52,887 nucleotides of DNA from an uncultured Eubacteriales bacterium (GTDB lineage: Bacteria; Bacillota; Clostridia; Christensenellales; RUG350), in the NCBI GenBank assembly GCA_900315995.1, contig ONBF01000011.1, positions 1-52,887 on the forward strand. Direction: 5' to 3'. Below are positions 10,722 through 20,343 of the stretch, one piece after another. The notes beneath the pieces are model-generated. The model worked only from the letters and a program-made list of their open reading frames with translations, had not been told where the DNA came from and did not search any database. Each line of letters starts with the position of its first letter. The stretch's first letter is position 1. Both the position numbers and the translations under genes were made by a program.

Positions 10722-11090
10722 CTATACGAAATTAAATCGGGAGGAAATCGGCGATTATTATAACGACGATCGGAGTAGACAAATCGGCAAACGCTTATTT
10801 CTTTGAAATACGTTTATTGTTTGTATTTTCGGTTTTGTTGATTTTGAACGCGTTGTACGATGGGACAAATGCGGATAAAAGATTCAAAAACAACTCGGCA
10901 CAAGTTATGTTCAGTAAAATGAATACGTCTTTTATCGCATTAAAGAAGGAACGTTCGGACGACGAATTGCGTAAACTTTTTAACGCAATCAAAATAAATA
11001 TGAATTGTTTGTTATGGATAATTAATCTACGAAAGCTGTTGCTCGTTGATGACGACAGCTTTTATTTGTAAAATAATCGGAGGGGCGTAT

Positions 11091-12878
11091 ATGTGTGGAA
11101 TTGTTGGTTGTACCGGTAAGAAAAATTGTGTTCCCGTTCTTATGGACGGTCTTAAAAAACTTGAATACAGAGGATACGATTCGGTGGGGATTGCCGTTAT
11201 CGATTCAACGAACGATTTGCAAATAATCAAGAAACAAGGCAGAGTCGCTACGCTCGAAAAATATATAGAGGGCGTAAGCGGTAAGTGCGGGATAGGTCAT
11301 ACGCGTTGGGCGACGCACGGTAAACCGTCGGATAAAAATTCGCATCCGCACGCATGCGGCAATTTTGCGGTCGTTCACAACGGCATTATCGAAAACTTTC
11401 TCGAATTAAAACTCGAACTTTTGAGCCAAGGAGAGATTTTCAATTCCGATACGGATACCGAAATTATCGCTCACCTTATAAAACTGAACTACAAGGGCAG
11501 TTTTATCGAAGCGGTGAGAGATACGGTAAAGATGCTCGCAGGCTCTTACGCGCTTGCTGTAATCAGTAATAAGTATCCCGATGTCATTATCGTTGCAAAG
11601 AAAGACAATCCTCTTATAATAGGCAAGGGTAACGGCGTGAACTATATAGCGAGTGACGCTCCCGCGCTTGCCAAGTATACGAAAGACGTTTACGTTATGT
11701 CCGACGGCGACCTTGCAATGCTTACGCCTGCCGAAATCAAATTTTACGACGAAAACCTTAACGAAACGGAGAAAAAATTCAAGAAACTCGATATGGTTGA
11801 AAGTTCTTTGGAACTCGGAAATTATGAGAGTTTTATGATGAAAGAGATACACGAAATTCCGACTGCGATTGAAAATACGCTTGAAAGTCTTGACGGCAAC
11901 GTTTATCCGCCCGAGTTTATCGAAAAAATGCTTAATGCGCCCGCCGTAACGGTCGTTGCTTGCGGTACGGCGTATCACGCGGGACTTTGCGGACAATATT
12001 TGCTTGAAAAATTTAACAGACTGACAGTCAATATTGCTGTTGCCAGCGAATATCGATACAGAAATCCGATAATCAAAGACGGAGAAGTGATAATAGCCGT
12101 TTCGCAAAGCGGTGAGACTGCGGATACGATAGCCGCTGTTAAACTTGCGAAAGAACGCGGAGCATATGTGTGTTCGATTACCAACGTTGCGCAGTCAAGT
12201 ATCACTACGTACAGCGATTGCGTAATACATACTAAGGCGGGTCCCGAAATAGCCGTAGCCGCAACGAAAAGTTACAACTGTCAGCTTATAGCGTTCTATT
12301 ATATGTCGATGTTGCTGTTGAAAGCCCAAGGCAAAGACGTTAAGACGTTTGACAAAACGTTGAGAAGTTTGCCGTCTCTTGCGGAATCGGTTATAGATAA
12401 AGCAAAGAATATTCGTGAGTTTGCAGGCAAATTTTCACACGTTCAGGATATGTTTTTCTTAGGACGAAATCTCGACTATGCGGTTGCTCTCGAAGGTTCG
12501 CTTAAATTAAAAGAAATAAGTTATATTCACAGTGAGGGTTGTCCTGCGGGAGAGCTTAAACACGGCACACTTGCGCTTATCGAAAAGAATACGTTGGTAA
12601 TAGTCATAATCACGCGTCGTGAACTTGCCGAGAAAACAATGAACGGTATTCACGAAGTTAAGGCACGCGGAGCGACGGTTCTTGCGGTTACGCCGTTTGA
12701 AGACGTTGCAACGTCGGACGGTATCGATGAAGCGATACTTATTCCCGAGACGGATAATGATTTCGAGCCTGTATTGTCGGTTATACCGCTTCAAATATTC
12801 GCGTACTACATAGCGCGTGCGCGCGGCAACGATCCCGATAAGCCGAGAAATCTTGCAAAGTCGGTTACGGTAGAATAA
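11091..12878 (+). CDS. glmS: glutamine--fructose-6-phosphate transaminase
   Basis: MCGIVG N-terminus after GGAGGGG RBS, LEYRGYDS, GHTRWATHG, SQSGETADT, PRNLAKSVTVE C-terminus. Confidence 0.98.
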   Translation: MCGIVGCTGKKNCVPVLMDGLKKLEYRGYDSVGIAVIDSTNDLQIIKKQGRVATLEKYIEGVSGKCGIGHTRWATHGKPSDKNSHPHACGNFAVVHNGIIENFLELKLELLSQGEIFNSDTDTEIIAHLIKLNYKGSFIEAVRDTVKMLAGSYALAVISNKYPDVIIVAKKDNPLIIGKGNGVNYIASDAPALAKYTKDVYVMSDGDLAMLTPAEIKFYDENLNETEKKFKKLDMVESSLELGNYESFMMKEIHEIPTAIENTLESLDGNVYPPEFIEKMLNAPAVTVVACGTAYHAGLCGQYLLEKFNRLTVNIAVASEYRYRNPIIKDGEVIIAVSQSGETADTIAAVKLAKERGAYVCSITNVAQSSITTYSDCVIHTKAGPEIAVAATKSYNCQLIAFYYMSMLLLKAQGKDVKTFDKTLRSLPSLAESVIDKAKNIREFAGKFSHVQDMFFLGRNLDYAVALEGSLKLKEISYIHSEGCPAGELKHGTLALIEKNTLVIVIITRRELAEKTMNGIHEVKARGATVLAVTPFEDVATSDGIDEAILIPETDNDFEPVLSVIPLQIFAYYIARARGNDPDKPRNLAKSVTVE

Positions 12879-12890
12879 CGTTGTCAGAAG

Positions 12891-12914
12891 TTGCGGGATA
12901 ATCCCCGCAATTTT
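12891..12914. terminator. hairpin terminator between convergent genes
   Basis: TTGCGGG-ataatc-CCCGCAA then TTTT. Confidence 0.65.
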
Positions 12915-12915
12915 A

Positions 12916-13800
12916 TTAACTTAATCTTGCAAGGTCGTTACACAAGTCGTGATAATCATAGATTATCGCCGTATATGCATAGCGCACGGGGGACGACAGA
13001 TATACATAATCGGTTTTGCCTATTTCTTCGAGCCGTTTAACGATAAGCAACATTGCCGAACCGATTTTACCGACGGCAAGGTGAGCGCAGTTTGCGGTAG
13101 CGTAATCAAACGTATTTTTTTTATCGTTGACGTAGGATATAAGGTTTTTTATTTCGTTCATTGCATCGGTTTCGCTTAATCGGCTGTCATCGAGTTTATT
13201 GCTTATATCGAATAAGACGTCGTACACTTCGTCAAACGTATTCAGTCCCGTTTCGCATTTTTTTTGCATCGAATTACTCAAAAATTCCGAATAAAGCGGT
13301 TTTATTTCGATAGCCGTAATCGTAGCCGCCATATTGTTTTTTATCATACGATCGACTACTTGTATTGCGCGATCGCTGTCCTTGTAGACTGCTGCGATAA
13401 CGCTGTAATTTTCGTTACACCGTACATATCCCGCGGCGGCGCGCGCCGAGACGTCTTCGGAATAGGCGTCCGCTGTTTTTTTATCGCTGAAATAACCTAT
13501 TCTTACGGCGTAATATATTTTTGTCTCGACGGACGCCGTTTTCGGTTCGAAAACGGCGAGAATAAAGCCCGAAGTAAAATAATCCGCGCACAAAACGGTG
13601 GAGAAAAAGCATATCATAATAAGAAGAAGCGCAATCGCGCCGCGTTTGTTTCTTTTGTAAACGCGGGACTGCTTTTTGCGCGATTTTACGGAAATTTTCT
13701 CGAAATCCGTACTTGATTCGACAGTTTTATTCGCATTTTCAAGTTCGGATTCTCTGTAATTTTTATAAAAATACGGAGAATAAGGATTATTTTTACTCAT
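12916..13800 (-). CDS. membrane-anchored SPOR-like domain protein, probably sporulation-related
   Basis: Basic N-terminus, one TM helix, SPOR-like motif YYAVRIGYFSDKKTA, helical C-terminus; sigmaE-like CATATCTT just before ATG. Confidence 0.55.
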   Translation of the reverse strand: MSKNNPYSPYFYKNYRESELENANKTVESSTDFEKISVKSRKKQSRVYKRNKRGAIALLLIMICFFSTVLCADYFTSGFILAVFEPKTASVETKIYYAVRIGYFSDKKTADAYSEDVSARAAAGYVRCNENYSVIAAVYKDSDRAIQVVDRMIKNNMAATITAIEIKPLYSEFLSNSMQKKCETGLNTFDEVYDVLFDISNKLDDSRLSETDAMNEIKNLISYVNDKKNTFDYATANCAHLAVGKIGSAMLLIVKRLEEIGKTDYVYLSSPVRYAYTAIIYDYHDLCNDLARLS

Positions 13801-13853
13801 ACTATAAGATATGAACAAGAATATTTTATATGCGGTAAATTAAAACAGTATAA

Positions 13854-13882
13854 TTGACACTTGCTTATAATAAATGTATAAT
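13854..13882 (+). promoter_or_regulatory. consensus sigma-A promoter of glmU-glmM-pgi
   Basis: Perfect TTGACA, 17 bp, TATAAT. Confidence 0.85.
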
Positions 13883-13915
13883 ATACACATTATCTTAAAT
13901 TTCGGAGAACGATTT

Positions 13916-14938
13916 GTGTTTAATGATTATAAGGTCGTCGTTGTAGACGAGTGTTTGAACGCAACGCCAAATTTGATGGGGAGAACGTGTTTGGAGTGGC
14001 TCAAAACGACGGTTGAAATTGACGATATAGCGACGAATATTCCCGCGTCTGTCGATACGGATACGATTATATTATTCGACGATACACCGCTTGTTGATTA
14101 CGAAGCACTTGAACGTATAGTAACGGTTTTCGAATCAAAAGATTTAATTGCCGCGGAACTTAACCGCGGATACATCTTCAAAGCGGGTAAAATTAAAATA
14201 AAAGGACTTAAATTAATTGACGATTCGGCGTTTATAAGATTCGATGCGTCTAAATTTCCTTTCATAATATCGGCGTTAAGAGAAAAAATCAATAAAAGAT
14301 TGATTGAAAGCGGAGTATTTATATACGATCCCGCGAGTACATATATCGATGATACCGTAAAAATCGAAGAGGGGGCTGTTATTTATCCCAACGTAACCAT
14401 AACGGGCAACAGCGTTATCAAGAAAGGTGCCGTTATTAAACCAAACTGTTTTATAGAAAATTCCATTATCAACGGATACGCTACAATAAATGCGAGTACT
14501 GTTGCGGAAAGCGAAGTCGGTTCGTTGACAAACGTAGGACCGTATGCATATATAAGACCGGGTTCGAAAGTAGGGTCGGGGTGCAAGATAGGCGACTTTG
14601 TGGAGATTAAAAATTCGAGTATCGGCAACGGAACCAAAGTGCCGCACCTTGCATATGTCGGGGACGCTGACGTCGGCTCGGATATAAATATCGGTTGCGG
14701 TGTAATATTCGCGAATTACGACGGACGTAATAAACATCGTTCCCAAGTAGACGACGGCACGTTTATAGGCAGTAACTCGACGCTTATTGCGCCGATTAAA
14801 GTCGGACGTCGTTCGTTTATCGCGGCAGGCGCAACGCTTGTACACGACGTACCCGACGGTGCGCTTGTTATCGCGCGTGCAACCGAGACGGTTAAAGAAG
14901 GGCGTGCGGAAAAGTATCTTAAACCTGAACAACGCTGA
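13916..14938 (+). CDS. glmU: GlmU-like glucosamine-1-phosphate N-acetyltransferase with a degenerate N-terminal uridyltransferase domain
   Basis: Hexapeptide LbH domain with GPYAYIRPGS, GDFVEIKNS, KVPHLAYVGDA, NYDGRNKH; no GxGxR..K motif; GTG start after GGAG. Confidence 0.85.
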   Translation: MFNDYKVVVVDECLNATPNLMGRTCLEWLKTTVEIDDIATNIPASVDTDTIILFDDTPLVDYEALERIVTVFESKDLIAAELNRGYIFKAGKIKIKGLKLIDDSAFIRFDASKFPFIISALREKINKRLIESGVFIYDPASTYIDDTVKIEEGAVIYPNVTITGNSVIKKGAVIKPNCFIENSIINGYATINASTVAESEVGSLTNVGPYAYIRPGSKVGSGCKIGDFVEIKNSSIGNGTKVPHLAYVGDADVGSDINIGCGVIFANYDGRNKHRSQVDDGTFIGSNSTLIAPIKVGRRSFIAAGATLVHDVPDGALVIARATETVKEGRAEKYLKPEQR

Positions 14939-14953
14939 TAAACGGAGATAATT

Positions 14954-16261
14954 ATGAGAAGATATTTCGGAACGGACGGAATAAGGGGCATAATCAATCA
15001 AGATTTGGTACCCGATATAGCTTTTAAGGTAGGCAACGCGCTTACCGCCCTTAAACGTTACCCGGTAGTTTTGATAGGTCGGGACACGCGTCAGTCGGGC
15101 GACACGCTTTCGTTGTGCGTTGCAAGCGGAGTGTGTTCGGGCGGTGGCAGTGTAATCGACGTAGGTATATGTCCGACGGCGGGCGTTGCATATTTGACGA
15201 AATATTTCAATGCCGATTACGGCGTTGTTATAAGCGCAAGCCATAACCCCGCCGAGTACAACGGTATCAAAATTTTCAACAGTCGCGGATATAAACTTCT
15301 CGAAGACGACGAAGAAGAAGTCGAGAGCTGTTTCAAAACGCCGAATCTTATCGGACATCCGAAACTCGGCAGTTACAAAAAGATGGATACTGCGGTTGAC
15401 TTTTATATAAGTTATCTTTCAAAAGCAATAAACGTGGATTTAACGGGATTGAAAGTAGTGCTTGATTGCGCCAACGGCGCGGCATACCGAGTTGCTCCCG
15501 AAATATTCAAGAAAGCAGGCGCGGAAGTTTTTCAATATTTTACCGATAATTCGGGTATGGGCATCAACGCGAACTGCGGTGCGCTCTATCCCGAAAAATT
15601 AAAAGAGAAAGTCCTTGCCAAAGATGCCGACGTAGGTTATGCGTACGACGGTGACAGTGACAGGCTCGTGGCGGTAGACGATAAAGGCAACATCGTTAAC
15701 GGGGATATGTTGATATATGCGCTTGCTCTCGATATGCAAGCGAGCGGGGAACTCAAAAGCAATCTCGTAATAGGCACTCACCATACCAATATGGGAATAA
15801 GCAACGCGCTTAAAAAACACGGAATCAATTTGAGCCGTGCGGATATCGGAGACAAATACGTTATGGAAATGATGCTCAAAAGAGGCGCGATTCTCGGTGG
15901 CGAACAATCGGGACACATAATACTCTTAGACTATATGACGACGGGCGACGGAATACTTGCCTCGCTCAAAACGTCGGCTATGATAGTTAAGAATAAGAAA
16001 AAACTGAGTGAATTTACCGATGTTGAAATTTATCCGCAAACCAACATTAACGTAAATGTCAAGGACAAAATTCGCGTTATCAATAACGAAGAACTTGCGG
16101 AACTTATCGACAAGTGCCGTAATGAACTGGAAGGTAAAGGAAGAGTGCTTGTACGCGCATCGGGTACCGAACCTAAAATAAGAGTTATGGTGGAGTGCAA
16201 AGACGCGGAGCTCGGCAAAGACGTTGCCGAGAAGATAGCGGAAGCAGTCCGTAACACATAA
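14954..16261 (+). CDS. glmM: phosphoglucosamine mutase
   Basis: YFGTDGIRG, ISASHNP, DGDSDR, GGEQSGH, VRASGTEP. Confidence 0.97.
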   Translation: MRRYFGTDGIRGIINQDLVPDIAFKVGNALTALKRYPVVLIGRDTRQSGDTLSLCVASGVCSGGGSVIDVGICPTAGVAYLTKYFNADYGVVISASHNPAEYNGIKIFNSRGYKLLEDDEEEVESCFKTPNLIGHPKLGSYKKMDTAVDFYISYLSKAINVDLTGLKVVLDCANGAAYRVAPEIFKKAGAEVFQYFTDNSGMGINANCGALYPEKLKEKVLAKDADVGYAYDGDSDRLVAVDDKGNIVNGDMLIYALALDMQASGELKSNLVIGTHHTNMGISNALKKHGINLSRADIGDKYVMEMMLKRGAILGGEQSGHIILLDYMTTGDGILASLKTSAMIVKNKKKLSEFTDVEIYPQTNINVNVKDKIRVINNEELAELIDKCRNELEGKGRVLVRASGTEPKIRVMVECKDAELGKDVAEKIAEAVRNT

Positions 16262-16300
16262 AAATTTAATTTGCAGTGATACTGCTGAAAGGAGATAAAT

Positions 16301-17728
16301 ATGGCACACACTAAAGAATGGCGTTCAAGTATGAAAATACGCTTCGATTACAACAATATGATGCAAGCGTATATCGGAGAACACGGAATTACCGACGAAG
16401 AAATTTTCGCGAAAAGCAAACTTGCTAAAAACGCTTTGAATTTCTACAAGACCAACCGCGGCACAGGTATGATGTGTTGGAGTGAACTTCCGTACAATCA
16501 GACGGAAATCGTTAAGGAATTAAACGAAACGGCACGTTATATTTGCAAGAAATTCAAAAACTTCGTCGTACTCGGAATAGGCGGTTCCGCGCTCGGTCCG
16601 ATAGCGGTATTCCAAGCTCTCAATCATTTGAGAAACAACGAGCTTCCGAGAAAGGTTCGTAAAGTCCCGAAACTTTATGTGGAAGATAATGTAGACCCCG
16701 AGCGTATGGCTTCGCTACTAGACGTAATCGATGTTGAAGAAACGATGTTCAACGTTATTACAAAGAGCGGTTCAACGAGTGAAACAATGAGTCAATTCCT
16801 TATTATTTCGGATATATTGAAAAAGAAGCTCGGCGATAGGGCAAAAGAGCATATTATAGCGACTACTTCGGAAAACAAGGGTAATCTTATTAAGATAGCA
16901 CAGCGTGAAGGTTATAAAACGTTCTATATTCCGGACGGCGTAGGCGGAAGATTTTCGGAACTTTGCCCCGTTGGACTTCTGACGGCTGCCGTAATGGGTG
17001 TGAATATTTCGGAAATGCTCAAAGGCGCCGCCGATATGGATAAAGCGTGCTTGAACAAAAACGTATCCGAGAACCCTGCGCTTGCAGCTGCGGTACTTCA
17101 ATATATCGCTATCGAAAAGGGTAACAACATTTCGGTTATGATGCCGTATGCCGATGGACTTAAATACATTGCCGACTGGTATTGTCAACTTTGGGGCGAG
17201 AGTCTCGGAAAGAGAATCGATCTTGACGGTAAAGAAGTTTTTGCGGGGCAAACTCCGGTTAAGGCACTCGGCGTCACCGACCAACACAGTCAAATTCAAT
17301 TATATACCGAAGGTCCGTTTGATAAAGTCATAACTTTTCTCGGCGTAGACAAATACAGAGCGGAAGTCAAAATACCCGACGGATACAAAGATATTCCCGC
17401 AGTATCGTTCCTTTGCGGACATACGCTTAACGAACTTATAACCGCAGAACGTATGGCTACGGAATATGCGTTGATGCGCGCGGGACGTTTGAACCAAACC
17501 ATTATGCTTCCCGAACTCAATGAATATACACTCGGACAGCTCCTTATGTTCTTTGAGATACAGACGGCTTTCGTAGGCGCGATGTTTAATATCGATTCGT
17601 TCAATCAACCCGGCGTTGAAGAGGGCAAGAACGCAACATACGCATTGCTCGGCAAAGAAGGGTTTGAAGACAAAAAGAAAGAACTTGCGTCAGCACCTAA
17701 GAAGGACGCAAAATATATTATTCAATAA
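16301..17728 (+). CDS. pgi: glucose-6-phosphate isomerase
   Basis: GIGGSALG, TKSGSTSET, GGRFS, QLWGESLGK, DQHSQ, FNQPGVEEGK. Confidence 0.97.
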   Translation: MAHTKEWRSSMKIRFDYNNMMQAYIGEHGITDEEIFAKSKLAKNALNFYKTNRGTGMMCWSELPYNQTEIVKELNETARYICKKFKNFVVLGIGGSALGPIAVFQALNHLRNNELPRKVRKVPKLYVEDNVDPERMASLLDVIDVEETMFNVITKSGSTSETMSQFLIISDILKKKLGDRAKEHIIATTSENKGNLIKIAQREGYKTFYIPDGVGGRFSELCPVGLLTAAVMGVNISEMLKGAADMDKACLNKNVSENPALAAAVLQYIAIEKGNNISVMMPYADGLKYIADWYCQLWGESLGKRIDLDGKEVFAGQTPVKALGVTDQHSQIQLYTEGPFDKVITFLGVDKYRAEVKIPDGYKDIPAVSFLCGHTLNELITAERMATEYALMRAGRLNQTIMLPELNEYTLGQLLMFFEIQTAFVGAMFNIDSFNQPGVEEGKNATYALLGKEGFEDKKKELASAPKKDAKYIIQ

Positions 17729-17755
17729 ATTAACTTAATAATCCGATTCGTATAT

Positions 17756-17791
17756 AAGGCGTTTCACTAAGATGTGAGACGCTTTTATTTT
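17756..17791 (+). terminator. intrinsic terminator after pgi
   Basis: AAGGCGTTTCAC-taagat-GTGAGACGCTTT followed by a T-run. Confidence 0.75.
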
Positions 17792-17886
17792 TGTCATTAA
17801 TTTGCAGTGTTTAACGGCAGACAGTTTATTCTTATGACGGGTTATATAAGACGTTTTCCGTATCGGGATGCGTTTTGGGAGTGATT

Positions 17887-18684
17887 ATGAGAGTAGTTAT
17901 AGGAATAGACGGCAATGTGATTTTGACGGAGCAAGGCGCGATTTTCAGTAGAAGTAATGCGGTGAACAGACTTGAATTATACAGTCCGTACAGTCCGCTC
18001 GATGCGGTGATACTTAGTTTTAAGAGGCAGGATCACGTCGAACCGATGAGTAGGTATATGGCATATACGGGTATACAACAATATAACGGGAGCAATTATT
18101 ACGTATATGTTCACGATTTTTCGGCGTATCAACTTGCATCTGTCGGAACACTCGAAATGAATTGCAAAATAGTTATGTACGGCGGTGAAACGGTATTATC
18201 TACGGGTACGTTTTACGCAACGGTCGAAGACGGCGGAACTACAAATATCGAACTTCTTGCGGACGAGCAAAGTGAACTCCTTGCGCTTACGCAGGCGATA
18301 GAAAGCAGAGCCGTTTTACAACCGCTTGCAACACCGAATAATTTTGCGTCGATTGACAGTAGCGGACAGTTTGTGGACAGCGGTATAGCGGTATCGAGTT
18401 TAAGTTCGATATTAAACGGCAAAACGTATAGATTCAGCGTAACGATTCCGGTATCGTCGTGGAACTTGCAGACAAAACAAGCGACCGTTAACGTTCAAGG
18501 CATAAATTCAGATTGGACTTTGAGTTTTGCGCCTACACCGTCGAGTAAAACTGATTTTATCAATGCGGGAGGAGTGTACGGTGTGTCGATAGGAAGTAAT
18601 AGTATAACTTTCGAGTGCGTATCGATACCGACTTCCGAAATTGAAATGATTTGCGTCGGGGGTGAATACGATGCCTTGTCTTAA
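17887..18684 (+). CDS. phage tail-tip-like protein (BppU-like N-terminal domain, tail-fibre linker, C-terminal beta domain)
   Basis: BppU-like pattern (SFKRQD...LASVGTLEMNCKI...LSTGTFYATVE), fibre motif NNFASIDSSGQFVDSG, C-terminal VTIPVSSW...SITFECVSIPT; recognised by eye. Confidence 0.6.
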   Translation: MRVVIGIDGNVILTEQGAIFSRSNAVNRLELYSPYSPLDAVILSFKRQDHVEPMSRYMAYTGIQQYNGSNYYVYVHDFSAYQLASVGTLEMNCKIVMYGGETVLSTGTFYATVEDGGTTNIELLADEQSELLALTQAIESRAVLQPLATPNNFASIDSSGQFVDSGIAVSSLSSILNGKTYRFSVTIPVSSWNLQTKQATVNVQGINSDWTLSFAPTPSSKTDFINAGGVYGVSIGSNSITFECVSIPTSEIEMICVGGEYDALS

Positions 18685-19876
18685 CAATTATTTGCAGTTT
18701 ATCAAGCGGACGGTTACGATAACGCCTGCCGATTGGGACGCGGAGACCAAACTTGCCGCGGTTCAAGCCGATTGGGCAGTAGCGGGGATGAGCGCGACGT
18801 TTGCTCCGGTCGAGAGTTCAATGAACGTATTTACGGATATAGCGGTGCAAGGGGTGTATTGTACAAATATACTCAACGGAGATTTATTGTTTAAGTCGGG
18901 TAGCGGTGCAATAGTCAACGAGAATATAACTCTTAACGTGACGGCTTACAATGACGGTAAGGGAATTATCGTCAATGCGGAGATTGTCGGCGAAGGTATA
19001 AACGGTATGAGTATAACGGATAATTCGTTTGATTTTACGACTTCCGATAACGGAAGCACGATAACGAACATTAAATCCGTTTTTAAGTTAGTAATTCCGC
19101 CTTATGACGACCACGGCAATGAAATTACGGCGATACAACAAAGCAATAATAATTCGGTTGTCGGAGAATTGTATTTAATCAATAATATTAAAACGGTAGG
19201 AAACAGCGCATTTTATAATTCGAGTAATTTGAAAAAAGTGTATATCGGGAAGCAGTTAACGCTTATAGGCGCGGCGAGCGGAGGTTCGATACGTTCTTTC
19301 GGAAATTGTCCGAATTTATCCGAAGTCGTTTTCGAGCGCGAACGTACGGAGTTATTGGTGATAAGAAACTTCGATTCTAATGATGCAAACGCGTTGTTCT
19401 ATAACTCCGCAATAGAGAATCTTGTTATCCCCGAGAACGTCCAACTGATAGAAAAACCGTTCGCAAATTGTACGAAATTAAAAGCAGTCAGATATGAGAG
19501 TTCTTATGGTCTCGGTTATCCTTTCAGAAACTGTACTGCGCTTGAAGAATTAACCTTTACGCAAGCAACACCCGTAACAGTAGGAACACCTGCGCAAACG
19601 TTCAATTCGGCGCACTATATATTTGTGCCGTATGACAGTTTTACGGCTTATACGACCGCTACTAATTGGACAAGTTATGCAAGTTATATGTACGGTATCG
19701 GCAAATTTACGGCGGGTACTACATTGCCGACCAAAACAACGGACGATGGCTTTGATTTGACGTGGTATGCGACGAAAGCCGACTTAAAGGCAAGCAACAA
19801 CCCGATAACTGTTGCGCCGAGTGAGTTTGACAACGAATACGGCGAAATATATTGCGCTAAGGCTGTCGCCGAATAA
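18671..19876 (+). CDS. BspA-type leucine-rich repeat protein with phage-fibre-like N-terminal domain
   Basis: LRR units IKTVGNSAFYNSSNLKKVYI, FGNCPNLSEVVF, FANCTKLKAV, FRNCTALEELTF; cap IFVPYDSFTAYTTATNWTSYA; N-terminus resembles the C-terminus of the upstream gene; no signal peptide. Confidence 0.75.
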   Translation: MPCLNNYLQFIKRTVTITPADWDAETKLAAVQADWAVAGMSATFAPVESSMNVFTDIAVQGVYCTNILNGDLLFKSGSGAIVNENITLNVTAYNDGKGIIVNAEIVGEGINGMSITDNSFDFTTSDNGSTITNIKSVFKLVIPPYDDHGNEITAIQQSNNNSVVGELYLINNIKTVGNSAFYNSSNLKKVYIGKQLTLIGAASGGSIRSFGNCPNLSEVVFERERTELLVIRNFDSNDANALFYNSAIENLVIPENVQLIEKPFANCTKLKAVRYESSYGLGYPFRNCTALEELTFTQATPVTVGTPAQTFNSAHYIFVPYDSFTAYTTATNWTSYASYMYGIGKFTAGTTLPTKTTDDGFDLTWYATKADLKASNNPITVAPSEFDNEYGEIYCAKAVAE

Positions 19877-19885
19877 GGAGAGAAT

Positions 19886-20335
19886 ATGAAATATTTATTG
19901 AAAGAAAAAAGGGGCTATATTACAGAGCGTCCCGAATATGTTGACGTAAACGAAAATATAGTCGTCGAATTTGAGTTTGAAGACGGAAAACCGCCTGTTA
20001 TCGACAGCGGACTTTACGCCGTTCTTTTGAGAAGCGACGGTAAAGAGTTTACATATAAGATAGACGATAAACTCAAAGTATCGCTTAATAATAAAGAGAT
20101 TAACAAAGGATTGTTTTCGTTGACTGTCGTTCTCGTTATAGGTAATGAAATAAATAAGTCATGGAGATGCGAGCCGTTTTCGATAGAAAGTCTTACGGAT
20201 ATTATCGGCAACGTTCGCGAAGTCAACGAAAGTATGGAAGTGTTAAACGAGATAAAAACGCTTAATGAAGAAATTAAATTATTAAAAGACCGCGTGGAAC
20301 TGCTCGAAAACGAGTATGATCCGCGCAACATATAG
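19886..20335 (+). CDS. hypothetical protein (beta domain + C-terminal coiled coil), phage-like
   Basis: AAGGAG RBS; heptad tail LNEIKTLNEEIKLLKDRVELLE. Confidence 0.65.
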   Translation: MKYLLKEKRGYITERPEYVDVNENIVVEFEFEDGKPPVIDSGLYAVLLRSDGKEFTYKIDDKLKVSLNNKEINKGLFSLTVVLVIGNEINKSWRCEPFSIESLTDIIGNVREVNESMEVLNEIKTLNEEIKLLKDRVELLENEYDPRNI

Positions 20336-20343
20336 GAGGAATT

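Noticed and set aside
10817-11071. 84-aa ORF in the glmS leader (and the 65-aa antisense ORF)
   Set aside because: TTG start without an RBS and no recognisable protein features; probably non-coding.
10730-11090. glmS ribozyme
   Set aside because: Expected here, but the conserved AGCGCC cleavage-site and GACGAGG core sequences are not visible.
14276-15358. Long antisense ORFs (e.g. 14276-15358, 49407-50471, 38669-39451, 74-718)
   Set aside because: Shadows of well-supported genes on the opposite strand, with no motifs or RBS.
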